A stretch of 64,000 bases of DNA from Spirochaetia bacterium (GTDB lineage Bacteria > Spirochaetota > Spirochaetia > SZUA-6 > Bin103). Under the pieces are notes generated by a model. That model made no database searches, was not told the origin of the DNA, and saw only the letters and a program-made list of their open reading frames with translations. The stretch lies in contig CBDBDQ010000005.1 in assembly GCA_965203905.1 (NCBI GenBank), positions 4,448,001 to 4,512,000 of the forward strand. The letters are read 5' to 3'. Numbering within the stretch: position 1 is the first letter of the stretch; each line of letters begins with the position of its first letter. A program made the translations under genes and the position numbers. Positions 29,562 through 40,831 of this stretch are shown here, piece by piece.

Positions 29562-30371
29562 CCCTGGAGTAAAACGGCGGCCCGGCGGTGGCGCCGGCTA
29601 CGGTAGTCTACGGCACGCGGCAGCTCCGCATCAACCTGCGAATCCGGCGAATCCGCGGGCGCCAGACTCGGAGCGAGGCTCCTTGACGCCTCCTGACGCG
29701 CAACGGCGCGCCTTCCGAGGGCGCCGGGGAGCACCACCGTGCCCTTGCGCGTCGCCTCGGCGCAGCGGTCGAGAGCTCCTGTTGCAGCCGGGCGGCGAAC
29801 GCCGGCCTGGTCTCGCGGTTTCTCCTGAGTCGGTTCAGAGAGAGTGAGAGCGTGCCGGTAGCCGAACCGGGTGGCTCTCAGTCAGAGTGCCGGCACCACT
29901 GCGTCGGGCCAGGTAGGTCGAATCCGTCTCCGCCGTGACCTGGTAGGCAGCGGCGGACCGGTTCCCCTTTCGCTGAATCCGCTCGAACGACCAGACTACC
30001 GTAATGCCGGCGACCGCCAGCAACACTATCGCGCTCATCATCATCTGTGGTGCCTCCATTCGGGCGCGGTGCCATCACCACAAGAGGCTCACGACGGCAC
30101 TGATGCCCACGCCCATGAAAGCGAGCCCCCGATGGGCGATGTTCAGCCACCCCCCGCGGCTCGCAGCGGGTCGCCTGTCACCGCTCCCCACTTACGACCG
30201 TTTTCGGCGGATGCCCGGGTCTACTTGACTTGGGGCCCGAGGCCTGAGATTCGTGGAACCGTCAGATTCGATCGCAACTTCGTGAACTGCCCGAACCGAA
30301 TCGCGAATCTGCGTGCCGCACGTGAAGCCATCTGTACTGACGAAATGAACGGGGACCCTCCACCGGCAGCG

Positions 30372-33300
30372 GCTTCAATGAGGCCGCCGGAATTCATCGG
30401 CGAAACCTCCTCCTGGCATAGTCGCGAGCCATCGGCAAGATGTTAGAGCGCTCGTTCTTCAGCACCGCTCCGAGCGCCATCCTATCGTCCCAGGTTATTC
30501 CTCTCATGCTCCTCGGGCGGCTCCTCCGCCCTCCTGTCCTACTGCCGCGGTGGCTGACTACGTCTTCGTGTTGACTCCCTACGCGCTGCCGTCCGCTCAC
30601 GCTTGCGCTGCTCCTTCGAAGACTCATCGCCCTCAGCAGGCAGCATCCCAAGCTCCACCAACTCGGTCCTGTCACCATTGGCATAGAATATAGCCCACGC
30701 CCTCTCAAGGCGTAAGGCTCTCTCAATCTGATCCGGCTCCGTAGGGTAGATGATCTCACCCTGCGGATTCCGCGCGATCAGAACTCCAATCGGATCTGTG
30801 AACCGACCTACCGCACTCTCATCAGTGTCTGACACAAATGTCCTCCTATGCCAGTGGAATCGCCCGCCGGTCAACGGGTCTGATCCACCCGCGTCAATGA
30901 GGCCGCCGGAATTCACCGGCGGAAACACGCGATTCCGAACAGCGTACCGGACGTGATGGGACCGGGCTTGCTTCAATGAGGCCGCCGGAATTCACCGGCG
31001 GAAACGCGCCCTGCCTGACGCCATCGACCCCGCCTGGCGACTGCTGCTTCAATGAGGCCGCCGGAATTCACCGGCGGAAACCTCCCATGCCAACAGGACA
31101 TCGCGCCCGGTAGCAGCCCGGCTTCAATGAGGCCGCCGGAATTCACCGGCGGAAACGCGAGCAGCACCTACCGGAAGGAGCACAAGCTGCTGGCGCTTCA
31201 ATGAGGCCGCCGGAATTCACCGGCGGAAACATGCAGGCACAGGCCGAACTGCAGGAGCAGGGCTTGTGGGCTTCAATGAGGCCGCCGGAATTCACCGGCG
31301 GAAACGCCATGGGAAATTGGGTCTCATCCAGCTGCCGTGACTCGCTTCAATGAGGCCGCCGGAATTCACCGGCGGAAACCACCCGCGCCGCCACCCCGGC
31401 GAACGTGCCGGGGCTGAGCTTCAATGAGGCCGCCGGAATTCACCGGCGGAAACGCGCAGGTACCAGAGCTGCTGGCACCCGACCCAATCAGGCTTCAATG
31501 AGGCCGCCGGAATTCACCGGCGGAAACACCATCATCAAGCGCGTGACCCTCAGCGAGTCGCTCATGCTTCAATGAGGCCGCCGGAATTCACCGGCGGAAA
31601 CGCGGATGGCGTGCTGGCAAGCGCAGCGCTCCAGCCCGAGCTTCAATGAGGCCGCCGGAATTCACCGGCGGAAACCGAGCACGAACTCGCGGATCTCGGC
31701 ATCGGTCCAGGCGACGCTTCAATGAGGCCGCCGGAATTCACCGGCGGAAACCGGCAGGGCCGTTCGTCTGCGCACCAGTGCCATAGACTTCGCTTCAATG
31801 AGGCCGCCGGAATTCACCGGCGGAAACTCCATTGCTCCGTCGCGTTCTGTTCTCAGATTTTGGTGCTTCAATGAGGCCGCCGGAATTCACCGGCGGAAAC
31901 CGGCAGGGCCGTTCGTCTGCGCACCAGTGCCATAGACTTCGCTTCAATGAGGCCGCCGGAATTCACCGGCGGAAACGCGCGTGCCACCACGCCCAGCGGC
32001 GGGTCAATCTCTCCAGCTTCAATGAGGCCGCCGGAATTCACCGGCGGAAACGCGCGCTGGCAGGAGGGCAACTGAAACATGGGCTTATACGCTTCAATGA
32101 GGCCGCCGGAATTCACCGGCGGAAACATCCTCGGCGACGGCCGTGCTGTGGCGGCGGTTGACCCCGCTTCAATGAGGCCGCCGGAATTCACCGGCGGAAA
32201 CTTCGGCGGTCATCCCCTCGGCCAGCGTCCGGCCGAAGCGCTTCAATGAGGCCGCCGGAATTCACCGGCGGAAACGCCGACAAGAAGGCCGCCGCCGAGG
32301 CCAAAGCCGCCGCCGAGCTTCAATGAGGCCGCCGGAATTCACCGGCGGAAACGCGCGCTGGCAGGAGGGCAACTGAAACATGGGCTTATACGCTTCAATG
32401 AGGCCGCCGGAATTCACCGGCGGAAACAGTCGAGCACGTCAACCTGCAGGACGAGAGTCCGGCAGCTTCAATGAGGCCGCCGGAATTCACCAGCGGAAAC
32501 CATGGTAGTGATCCGGTTCACGGGTTACGTATTCGCGCTTCAATGAGGCCGCCGGAATTCACCGGCGGAAACCCCGAGATGGCGGAGAAGACGGCGCTGC
32601 ACCGGCTGATGCTTCAATGAGGCCGCCGGAATTCACCGGCGGAAACTTCCGGTTTGAATCATGGTTCCAGCCAACCCCGCTTCAATGAGGCCGCCGGAAT
32701 TCACCGGCGGAAACTCGTGTCAATAAGCCGAATGTTAAGAATGCTTAACGTGCTTCAATGAGGCCGCCGGAATTCACCGGCGGAAACTCCCCAGGGGATG
32801 TCCGGTACCGCGAGATGGTGCTGCACGCTTCAATGAGGCCGCCGGAATTCACCGGCGGAAACTCCCCAGGGGATGTCCGGTACCGCGAGATGGTGCTGCA
32901 CGCTTCAATGAGGCCGCCGGAATTCACCGGCGGAAACTCGCCGCTGATGTTGCCGTAGTCGTCTGTGTCGGTGCTGCTTCAATGAGGCCGCCGGAATTCA
33001 CCGGCGGAAACGAGGAACGGCGCCGGGTCCGGCCACTCGGTCAGCTCATCGCTTCAATGAGGCCGCCGGAATTCACCGGCGGAAACGCGATGGCCGCGCA
33101 AGCGGATGCAGACACCAACACCACGCTTCAATGAGGCCGCCGGAATTCACCGGCGGAAACAACGCCATCTCCTGCAATCCCATCGTCATGATCTCGGTGG
33201 CTTCAATGAGGCCGCCGGAATTCACCGGCGGAAACGCGGCTCATGCTGCCTCCCGGAGCACGGAGCGCGTCTCGCTTCAATGAGGCCGCCGGAATTCACC

Positions 33301-36300
33301 GGCGGAAACATTCGCAGCTAACAATATCATAGTCTGATTGAGCAAGACGCTTCAATGAGGCCGCCGGAATTCACCGGCGGAAACTCCAGGATCAGGAACC
33401 GCGCCCCGTAGTTGGTGGATGCGCTTCAATGAGGCCGCCGGAATTCACCGGCGGAAACACGCACCGGCCGGCGCGCTCTGGCACGGCCGCGTGATTGCTT
33501 CAATGAGGCCGCCGGAATTCACCGGCGGAAACTGCTCCTCCATGTAGTCCAGCAGGTCCAGCCCATCGCCGCTTCAATGAGGCCGCCGGAATTCACCGGC
33601 GGAAACATTCGCAGCTAACAATATCATAGTCTGATTGAGCAAGACGCTTCAATGAGGCCGCCGGAATTCACCGGCGGAAACTCCAGGATCAGGAACCGCG
33701 CCCCGTAGTTGGTGGATGCGCTTCAATGAGGCCGCCGGAATTCACCGGCGGAAACGTGGCGAAGCCGTCGGACTGTAGCGGGCTGATGCCGTCGCTTCAA
33801 TGAGGCCGCCGGAATTCACCGGCGGAAACGCCAGCGGCACATAATGAGTACCATGTTTGACAAGCTTCAATGAGGCCGCCGGAATTCACCGGCGGAAACC
33901 TGCCGAGGGTGTCGACGTGCTGTGGGTGGAGCAAGCCGCTTCAATGAGGCCGCCGGAATTCACCGGCGGAAACTCCCCAGGGGATGTCCGGTACCGCGAG
34001 ATGGTGCTGCACGCTTCAATGAGGCCGCCGGAATTCACCGGCGGAAACCGCAGCGTACTTCTGGTCCAGGGTTTGCTCCATATCGATGCTTCAATGAGGC
34101 CGCCGGAATTCACCGGCGGAAACGAGTATCTGGTCGGGCTCGGCCAGCCGCTCATCGAGCAGCTTCAATGAGGCCGCCGGAATTCACCGGCGGAAACCTG
34201 CTCGGAAACGCCTACTGGCCATTCACCATCAAGAAGCTTCAATGAGGCCGCCGGAATTCACCGGCGGAAACGCTGCCGCTGTCCATGTCCGCCGGGTCCA
34301 GGTCGCCCAGGCTTCAATGAGGCCGCCGGAATTCACCGGCGGAAACGTGCTCGGGGGAGCCCACGAAATCACCGCCGAACTCCATGGCGCTTCAATGAGG
34401 CCGCCGGAATTCACCGGCGGAAACGTGCTCGGGGGAGCCCACGAAATCACCGCCGAACTCCATGGCGCTTCAATGAGGCCGCCGGAATTCACCGGCGGAA
34501 ACTTGTCACGTCCTCGTCGTCCCAATCCTCCACCACCACGCTTCAATGAGGCCGCCGGAATTCACCGGCGGAAACCCGGTGACAGAGTGGCTGATACCCG
34601 TCCCATTATACACAGGCTTCAATGAGGCCGCCGGAATTCACCGGCGGAAACAGGCGGGCGGGGCCCCGTGGCACGAGTCGCCAGACGGGCTTCAATGAGG
34701 CCGCCGGAATTCACCGGCGGAAACCGGCGGCATGAGGGAGAACTGTGGCATTCACTGACTTGGGGCTTCAATGAGGCCGCCGGAATTCACCGGCGGAAAC
34801 TCGATACGGCAATCCTGGTCTCGCCACTTGTCGATTCGCTTCAATGAGGCCGCCGGAATTCACCGGCGGAAACCCAATACCACGCCGAGCGCTTCGGGTG
34901 CCAGCGCATCGCGCTTCAATGAGGCCGCCGGAATTCACCGGCGGAAACGCCAGATCCTCCAGCGCGCGAGCCGACGGCGCCGCCAGACGCTTCAATGAGG
35001 CCGCCGGAATTCACCGGCGGAAACATCCGAACCGATCCCCGGCCGCGAGGCCGAAATGGCCGAGCTTCAATGAGGCCGCCGGAATTCACCGGCGGAAACT
35101 GACGGGAACGGCGGCGGCGCGTCATCGGCCACGATGCTTCAATGAGGCCGCCGGAATTCACCGGCGGAAACTCGGGCGGCCCGGGCGCCGGCGCATCGGT
35201 CAGGTTGTCCTCGCTTCAATGAGGCCGCCGGAATTCACCGGCGGAAACTAGCTATATGCGATTAGTAGGCTATACCCCGTCATTTCGCTTCAATGAGGCC
35301 GCCGGAATTCACCGGCGGAAACAAGCCCGTGATCTCGCCGCCGTCCGGCAGTACGACAATGCTTCAATGAGGCCGCCGGAATTCACCGGCGGAAACGCCC
35401 GCCTTGCTCCGGCGGGTATTGAACGGGTGGAAGTGGCTTCAATGAGGCCGCCGGAATTCACCGGCGGAAACCTCGCAGCGCCACGGGCTATACTCGCGGA
35501 GAATCGCGTGCTTCAATGAGGCCGCCGGAATTCACCGGCGGAAACGCGGTTCGTACGTGTCGCCCGCGACCGCGCCCGGCCGCGCGCTTCAATGAGGCCG
35601 CCGGAATTCACCGGCGGAAACCGCCCGGATCATCGGCGACATCGTGGAGGAATGGATCACGCTTCAATGAGGCCGCCGGAATTCACCGGCGGAAACGGCC
35701 GCCGAGGACGTGTCCGAGGCCGGGCTGTACTTCTTGCTTCAATGAGGCCGCCGGAATTCACCGGCGGAAACCACGCCCAGGAGCCGCAGAGGAATCCTCC
35801 GATGGCCTCGCTTCAATGAGGCCGCCGGAATTCACCGGCGGAAACGTGATCCGCAGTTGCACCTGCCCGGTCAACGGGCTGTCCACCTCATCGCTTCAAT
35901 GAGGCCGCCGGAATTCACCGGCGGAAACTCCCGCCCGTAAGCCCAATCGGGCACCGGCGCATGCCGTGCTTCAATGAGGCCGCCGGAATTCACCGGCGGA
36001 AACGGCCGCCGAGGACGTGTCCGAGGCCGGGCTGTACTTCTTGCTTCAATGAGGCCGCCGGAATTCACCGGCGGAAACCACGCCCAGGAGCCGCAGAGGA
36101 ATCCTCCGATGGCCTCGCTTCAATGAGGCCGCCGGAATTCACCGGCGGAAACGTCAGGAAGGCGATGGCGTGCTCGTGGTCGGAGCGGGCGCTTCAATGA
36201 GGCCGCCGGAATTCACCGGCGGAAACCTCGCATTAGCAACCTACAAAGCGAAAAAGGCACCTTCCGCTTCAATGAGGCCGCCGGAATTCACCGGCGGAAA

Positions 36301-37338
36301 CGTTGAACAGTAGAAGGATCGAGCCGCACCAGATCGCGCTTCAATGAGGCCGCCGGAATTCACCGGCGGAAACGTGTCGATACCGCCGTATGGTGCTGTC
36401 GGTCTCTTTGGTGCTTCAATGAGGCCGCCGGAATTCACCGGCGGAAACTACGGCATAGTGAATGACGTTGTAGTCTACATGGCAACGCTTCAATGAGGCC
36501 GCCGGAATTCACCGGCGGAAACCCCTGGTCTCCGGCGCCGTGGATGTCGCCCTGCGCGCCGCTTCAATGAGGCCGCCGGAATTCACCGGCGGAAACTCCG
36601 CCTAAGAATGGCGCTATGATGCTGTTTTTCAACGGGCTTCAATGAGGCCGCCGGAATTCACCGGCGGAAACACAGCAGGGTCAAGCGGTTTTCGCAAAGT
36701 TTTTCAAGGCTTCAATGAGGCCGCCGGAATTCACCGGCGGAAACGAGTTAAACTCGCAGCCCTTGGTGACCAAGCCCCATCTTGCTTCAATGAGGCCGCC
36801 GGAATTCACCGGCGGAAACGAGGATTGAGAGTTAGAGAGTTCGTCAAGTCAAAGTGGCGCTTCAATGAGGCCGCCGGAATTCACCGGCGGAAACATCGCC
36901 GTCATCGGGACGCAGTTCGCCGATTCGCTGGCGCTTCAATGAGGCCGCCGGAATTCACCGGCGGAAACCCGGCACAACGACGTCTACGTTCCCCTCGGCC
37001 TCGTGGCTTCAATGAGGCCGCCGGAATTCACCGGCGGAAACCTCGTCCACCTGGTCGTCACTGAGCTTCCGGCGCGTGGTGCTTCAATGAGGCCGCCGGA
37101 ATTCACCGGCGGAAACCCGCAACCAGGCGTTGATGCCGCGCATCGAGTAGACGAGGCTTCAATGAGGCCGCCGGAATTCACCGGCGGAAACATCGTTGTT
37201 GGCGGAATCCAGCTCGGGCATGGAACCGCTTCAATGAGGCCGCCGGAATTCACCGGCGGAAACGCACCGCAGCAGTCGTCGCAGACGCCGCGAAAGTTCA
37301 ACGCTTCAATGAGGCCGCCGGAATTCACCGGCGGAAAC
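30372..37338 (-). CRISPR. Type I-G CRISPR array, about 88 repeats of 36 nt
   Basis: Repeat GTTTCCGCCGGTGAATTCCGGCGGCCTCATTGAAGC on the minus strand (7-bp stem CCGCCGG/CCGGCGG). About 87 regularly spaced copies from 30891 to 37338 with spacers of about 32-47 nt, plus a degenerate copy at 30372-30406. Leader is on the cas2 side. Confidence 0.98.
30539..30835 (-). CDS. Hypothetical 98-aa protein inside the oversized terminal spacer
   Basis: AGGAGGA Shine-Dalgarno 5 nt before GTG 30835; MSDTDESAVGRFTDPIGVLIARNPQGEIIYPTEP...; basic C-terminal tail. Confidence 0.55.
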   Translation of the reverse strand: MSDTDESAVGRFTDPIGVLIARNPQGEIIYPTEPDQIERALRLERAWAIFYANGDRTELVELGMLPAEGDESSKEQRKRERTAARRESTRRRSQPPRQ

Positions 37339-37544
37339 GCACCCGCTCCAACTTGCGACGAGTGGGAGAATTACTCGCAGGGTTGCGAGTGGTGCGTGAA
37401 AGGTGCGATCGAGCAGAGATCACAGGCAGCATCAGGTACCGATTCTACACCGTAAGATTATGTATGTCAAAGACCTGGCGACTTGCGAGCCCTCCCTGAG
37501 GTACGCGCGGCACCGGAGCGCTCGGTCGGCAGCGGCGGAGCCGG
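37339..37544 (-). promoter_or_regulatory. CRISPR leader
   Basis: Non-coding gap between cas2 and the first repeat, with AT-rich core AAGATTATGTATGTCAAAG and CTCGCA-GGGT-TGCGAG inverted repeat at 37374-37389. Confidence 0.75.
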
Positions 37545-37835
37545 CTACACAATGAGCGGTTCGCGCTGCATCGGGTGGAAGGTCTTCCCCAGGCTCACGA
37601 CACGCGGTTCGACGTTGTCGGCGACGCCCAGATCGACCAGTACCACGTGATCCTCGTTATGATCGATTGTTTTGTCGAGGCGTGCAACCAGTTCGGCCTG
37701 GCGGCGCTTGTTCATGCGGCACTGGAAGACCGAGAGCTGTACCCAGGCTCCGTATCCGTTCATCAGCTTGTAGACCTTGCGCCACCGCTTCGGGTCGGCA
37801 ATGTCGTAGGCCACGATGTACAGGTGCTCGTCCAT
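37545..37835 (-). CDS. cas2: CRISPR-associated Cas2
   Basis: YIVAYDIADPKRWRKVYKLMNGYGAWVQLSVFQC. Confidence 0.97.
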   Translation of the reverse strand: MDEHLYIVAYDIADPKRWRKVYKLMNGYGAWVQLSVFQCRMNKRRQAELVARLDKTIDHNEDHVVLVDLGVADNVEPRVVSLGKTFHPMQREPLIV

Positions 37836-37838
37836 GGT

Positions 37839-39644
37839 TCAGCGCGTCGTGAAGTTGGGGTAGGCCGGAATCTCCCCGAGCAGGAAGCGCCCCAGGAGCC
37901 GGGCCTGCATCTCCATCAGGCGGCGGTAGCTGACCCGATAGCCGAACAGCGGATGGACGATTTCGTGGCTCAGGCGACGCTCGAAGGCGGCGATGAACCG
38001 GCGCCGACCCTCTGGAGTAAGGGCAACGCTGCCGGCGGCTGATCTGAAGTCGATCGGCCGTATCTCGCCGTTGTTGATGAGTTGCAGGACGACCGAGTCG
38101 GCGATCAAGGGCCGGAACGGCTCCATCAGGTCGAGAGCAAGGGCGGGACGGCCGTAGCGGGGTTGGTGATACAGGCCGCGGAAGGCATCGAAGCCGACGG
38201 CGGTCAGGGTCACGGTCCAGGCGCGGGTCAACAGCGAGTAGGCAAACGAGAGCAACGCGTTGACCGGATCGGTCGGCGGCCGCCGATTGCGCTTCTCGAA
38301 GTCGAACGCCAACGTCCGCGCCGGCTCGCTCTCGCTGAACATTGCCGGGAACGCTCGAAAGTAGCGCGCCGCGGCCGTTCCTTCCACGCCGAGCAGCACG
38401 GCCAGCGACCGCACCCGTGCCACCCGCCGGCTGTCCTCCTTGAGCTCGATCAGCACATCGCGATTATCTTCCGACCGCTTCCAGTTCCTCCTGAGCAGGG
38501 TGCGGCAATTCGCGATCTTGGCGCTCACCAGCCCCTTGGCGAAGCGCAGACAGATGGTCGGGTCGAAGCTGGCCCGATACTGAGCCGTTCTGAGCTCCAC
38601 GTTCTTGTGGCCATTCCCGATGGTGTGGCCATAGAACCATCCGCCGTGACTGTGCCAGGTCACCGGAATACCACGCCACATCAGTTCGTGCAGGCACGGT
38701 GAGGTGACGTAGATGCTGCCCATGAGCACCACCTGCGAGGTTTCCGCAAGGCGGGCGGTGGCTACCTTCTCGTCGTCGACGGTAACAACCAGCGTCTCAC
38801 CCGACTTGGCGACCTTGGCGCCGCGGGCCTGCACGTAGAGCGGCAGCGCGTCCGTGGCGGGCACGGCGATCGGACGGGGCGCGGCGCCGGGGCGGGAAAG
38901 CAACGCGAGATGATTTACCTCGTCGGGAAGACAGATGCTCACCAGGGAACAGCGCGGACACTTGGGGCTGTCTTCGAGCGGCGGCGGGATGGTGCCGCCG
39001 TGTGCCACGTTCCGCAAGCCCTCGACGGCCCGTTCCGTGGCGGCGATCAACTCGTCGTCGAACACGACCCGTACGCGCTCGCGGCCGGCCACGAAGTAGA
39101 GCACCCCTTCGTCGCACCGATAGCCGTGCTCGCGCAGGATCAGTCCCTGTACGCAGAGTTGCACTCGCTCGGGGTCGTAGGCACCGCGTTTCACGTGCGG
39201 ACGCTTGCCACGTTTGTAGTCGATCGGAACGACGCGCCCATGCTCGGACTCGATCAGGTCCATGCGTGCTATCAACCCCAGTCGCTCGGATGACAGCGTG
39301 ACCGACCGGGCATGCAGCTTCTCCGCGACCTCCTGCGGCGCCGGCATCGCGCCGCCGTCCCGATTGACGCGCCGGTGCGCATGCCGTCCCTCTACGGTGT
39401 CGGCGGAGTCAGCCCACTCGCCCTGAACCCACTCCAGGTAGGCCAGGCGCGGACAGTACTGATACTCGTTCACCATCCGGGCCGGCACCAGCGGACCTTC
39501 GACCGGTGCTCCGGCAGGAGGGAACACGAACTCGCCCTGCTGCGGTGCGGTTCTACGGCTCGCTTCCTCGGTGTCACCGGTCTGAGGAACCAGTGCCGGC
39601 GGCGGGAAGTTCGCCGCCGCGTTCTGCCTACCATCTGTCTTCAC
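37839..39644 (-). CDS. cas1: Cas4-Cas1 fusion
   Basis: Cas4 part: YCPRLAY, IDYKRG, QLCVQ, CPRCSLVSICLPDE. Cas1 part: LGVEGTAAARYF, RNRRPPTDPVNALLSFAY, LALDLMEPFRPLIAD. The fusion is typical of I-G. Confidence 0.96.
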   Translation of the reverse strand: MKTDGRQNAAANFPPPALVPQTGDTEEASRRTAPQQGEFVFPPAGAPVEGPLVPARMVNEYQYCPRLAYLEWVQGEWADSADTVEGRHAHRRVNRDGGAMPAPQEVAEKLHARSVTLSSERLGLIARMDLIESEHGRVVPIDYKRGKRPHVKRGAYDPERVQLCVQGLILREHGYRCDEGVLYFVAGRERVRVVFDDELIAATERAVEGLRNVAHGGTIPPPLEDSPKCPRCSLVSICLPDEVNHLALLSRPGAAPRPIAVPATDALPLYVQARGAKVAKSGETLVVTVDDEKVATARLAETSQVVLMGSIYVTSPCLHELMWRGIPVTWHSHGGWFYGHTIGNGHKNVELRTAQYRASFDPTICLRFAKGLVSAKIANCRTLLRRNWKRSEDNRDVLIELKEDSRRVARVRSLAVLLGVEGTAAARYFRAFPAMFSESEPARTLAFDFEKRNRRPPTDPVNALLSFAYSLLTRAWTVTLTAVGFDAFRGLYHQPRYGRPALALDLMEPFRPLIADSVVLQLINNGEIRPIDFRSAAGSVALTPEGRRRFIAAFERRLSHEIVHPLFGYRVSYRRLMEMQARLLGRFLLGEIPAYPNFTTR

Positions 39645-39949
39645 ATCGCACTCCGCCAGCCCCGGCAGCCGGACGTACCGAACTCACGTCCGTGACTCTT
39701 GAGGCTCGTCCTTCATTGAGTGTCGGAGGATACGGCGTCCTTGAGAACGCGGCGTGTCTCGGGATCAGTTCAATTTGTGCGCGGACTCCACTCCGATCAG
39801 TGGGATCGATCAGCGCCAGCGCAGTCTTGGATCGCGACGATCCGCTGCAGTGCGTCGACGACTGTACCGGTGCGGCCGACGACGGTGGCAACGTCCAGCG
39901 TGTGCCTACAAGTAGGCACTTGGAGGTCACGGGCTCCGGCCTCCTCGGT

Positions 39950-40831
39950 CTAGCGGCTCTTCCTGAACAGCCCGAACGCGAAGTTGGGTGGCGGCTCCGG
40001 AATGTCGTTGCGGTCCTGCAGGTAGCGCTGCGTCTGCTCCGTCGGCGAGACATGATCCATCGCGGTGAAGCCGGACCTCTGCATCTCGGCGTCGATCTCC
40101 TCGGGGCTGTACTCCGACAGCATCGGCTCGCCGCGGCGTTCCACGAATCGGTCCATCTTCTCGACCAGCGCCAGCCCGGCAGCGGGCACCAGGCTTCGGG
40201 GGTACCGGTAGTCGAGCACTACCTGGCTTCCGGGTGCGGCGACGGCGTCGATCTGGTCGATGGTGTCGCTGACGGCCTCCCTGGTCAGGTAGCACGTCAC
40301 CCCCAGCCACGCAAAGAAGGCCGGTGCCTCGGGGTCGAAGCCGGCTCCGATCAATGCAGCGTCAAGCCGGTCCGTCTCGAAGTCCACCGGCACCAACGCG
40401 AGATTCGAGGGCAGCGGGCCAATGCGCGCGAGCTGGTGGCGCTTCATCTCCTGCGACGCCGGATGGTCGACTTCGTAGATGCGCAGCCGATCCGCCAGAC
40501 TCGGGTGGCGCACCGCGAACGTGTCGAGCCCGGCTCCGAGGATCACGTACTGCTGCACGCCGGATGAAATCGCTTCCTGCAGCCGGTCCTCGGCGTACCG
40601 GATGCGCAGGATGATCACGGTGTGGGTGGGCTTGAGCGTTCGCAGCAGGACATCGACCACGAGGCGGTTCAGCACCCAGTTGTTGGCGACCAGCCGCCAG
40701 AACGGTGTCACCATGGCGCCTGCGTATTGGTCGGAGAAGATCGGATTCGGATTCCACCTGAGGTGGCTGGCGCGTACGGCGGCCACCAGTATCGCGGTGG
40801 TGCTGGCCTTGCGAGGGCGGGTGTCGGACAT
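39950..40831 (-). CDS. SAM-dependent methyltransferase, leucine carboxyl methyltransferase family
   Basis: QYVILGAGLDTFA, YEVDHP, VPVDFE, WLGVTCYL. Confidence 0.88.
   Translation of the reverse strand: MSDTRPRKASTTAILVAAVRASHLRWNPNPIFSDQYAGAMVTPFWRLVANNWVLNRLVVDVLLRTLKPTHTVIILRIRYAEDRLQEAISSGVQQYVILGAGLDTFAVRHPSLADRLRIYEVDHPASQEMKRHQLARIGPLPSNLALVPVDFETDRLDAALIGAGFDPEAPAFFAWLGVTCYLTREAVSDTIDQIDAVAAPGSQVVLDYRYPRSLVPAAGLALVEKMDRFVERRGEPMLSEYSPEEIDAEMQRSGFTAMDHVSPTEQTQRYLQDRNDIPEPPPNFAFGLFRKSR

Noticed and set aside
29570-29830. Attenuator or riboswitch upstream of the DAHP synthase
   Set aside because: GC-rich hairpins are possible, but I found no aromatic-codon leader peptide, U-tract terminator or known aptamer.
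35846-35892. Spacer resembling the start of the giant spacer (CCGGTCAACGGG...TCCACC, 30868-30889)
   Set aside because: Only 12 contiguous matches plus two indels, not at the seed, and next to a repeat rather than a PAM; probably chance.
30973-37455. ORFs with repeated MRPPEFTGGN / FPPVNSGGLIEA peptides
   Set aside because: They are translations of the CRISPR repeat, not genes.
39628-40053. 141-aa ORF between the methyltransferase and cas4/1
   Set aside because: Overlaps both neighbours, Ser/Arg/Pro-rich, no recognisable motif.
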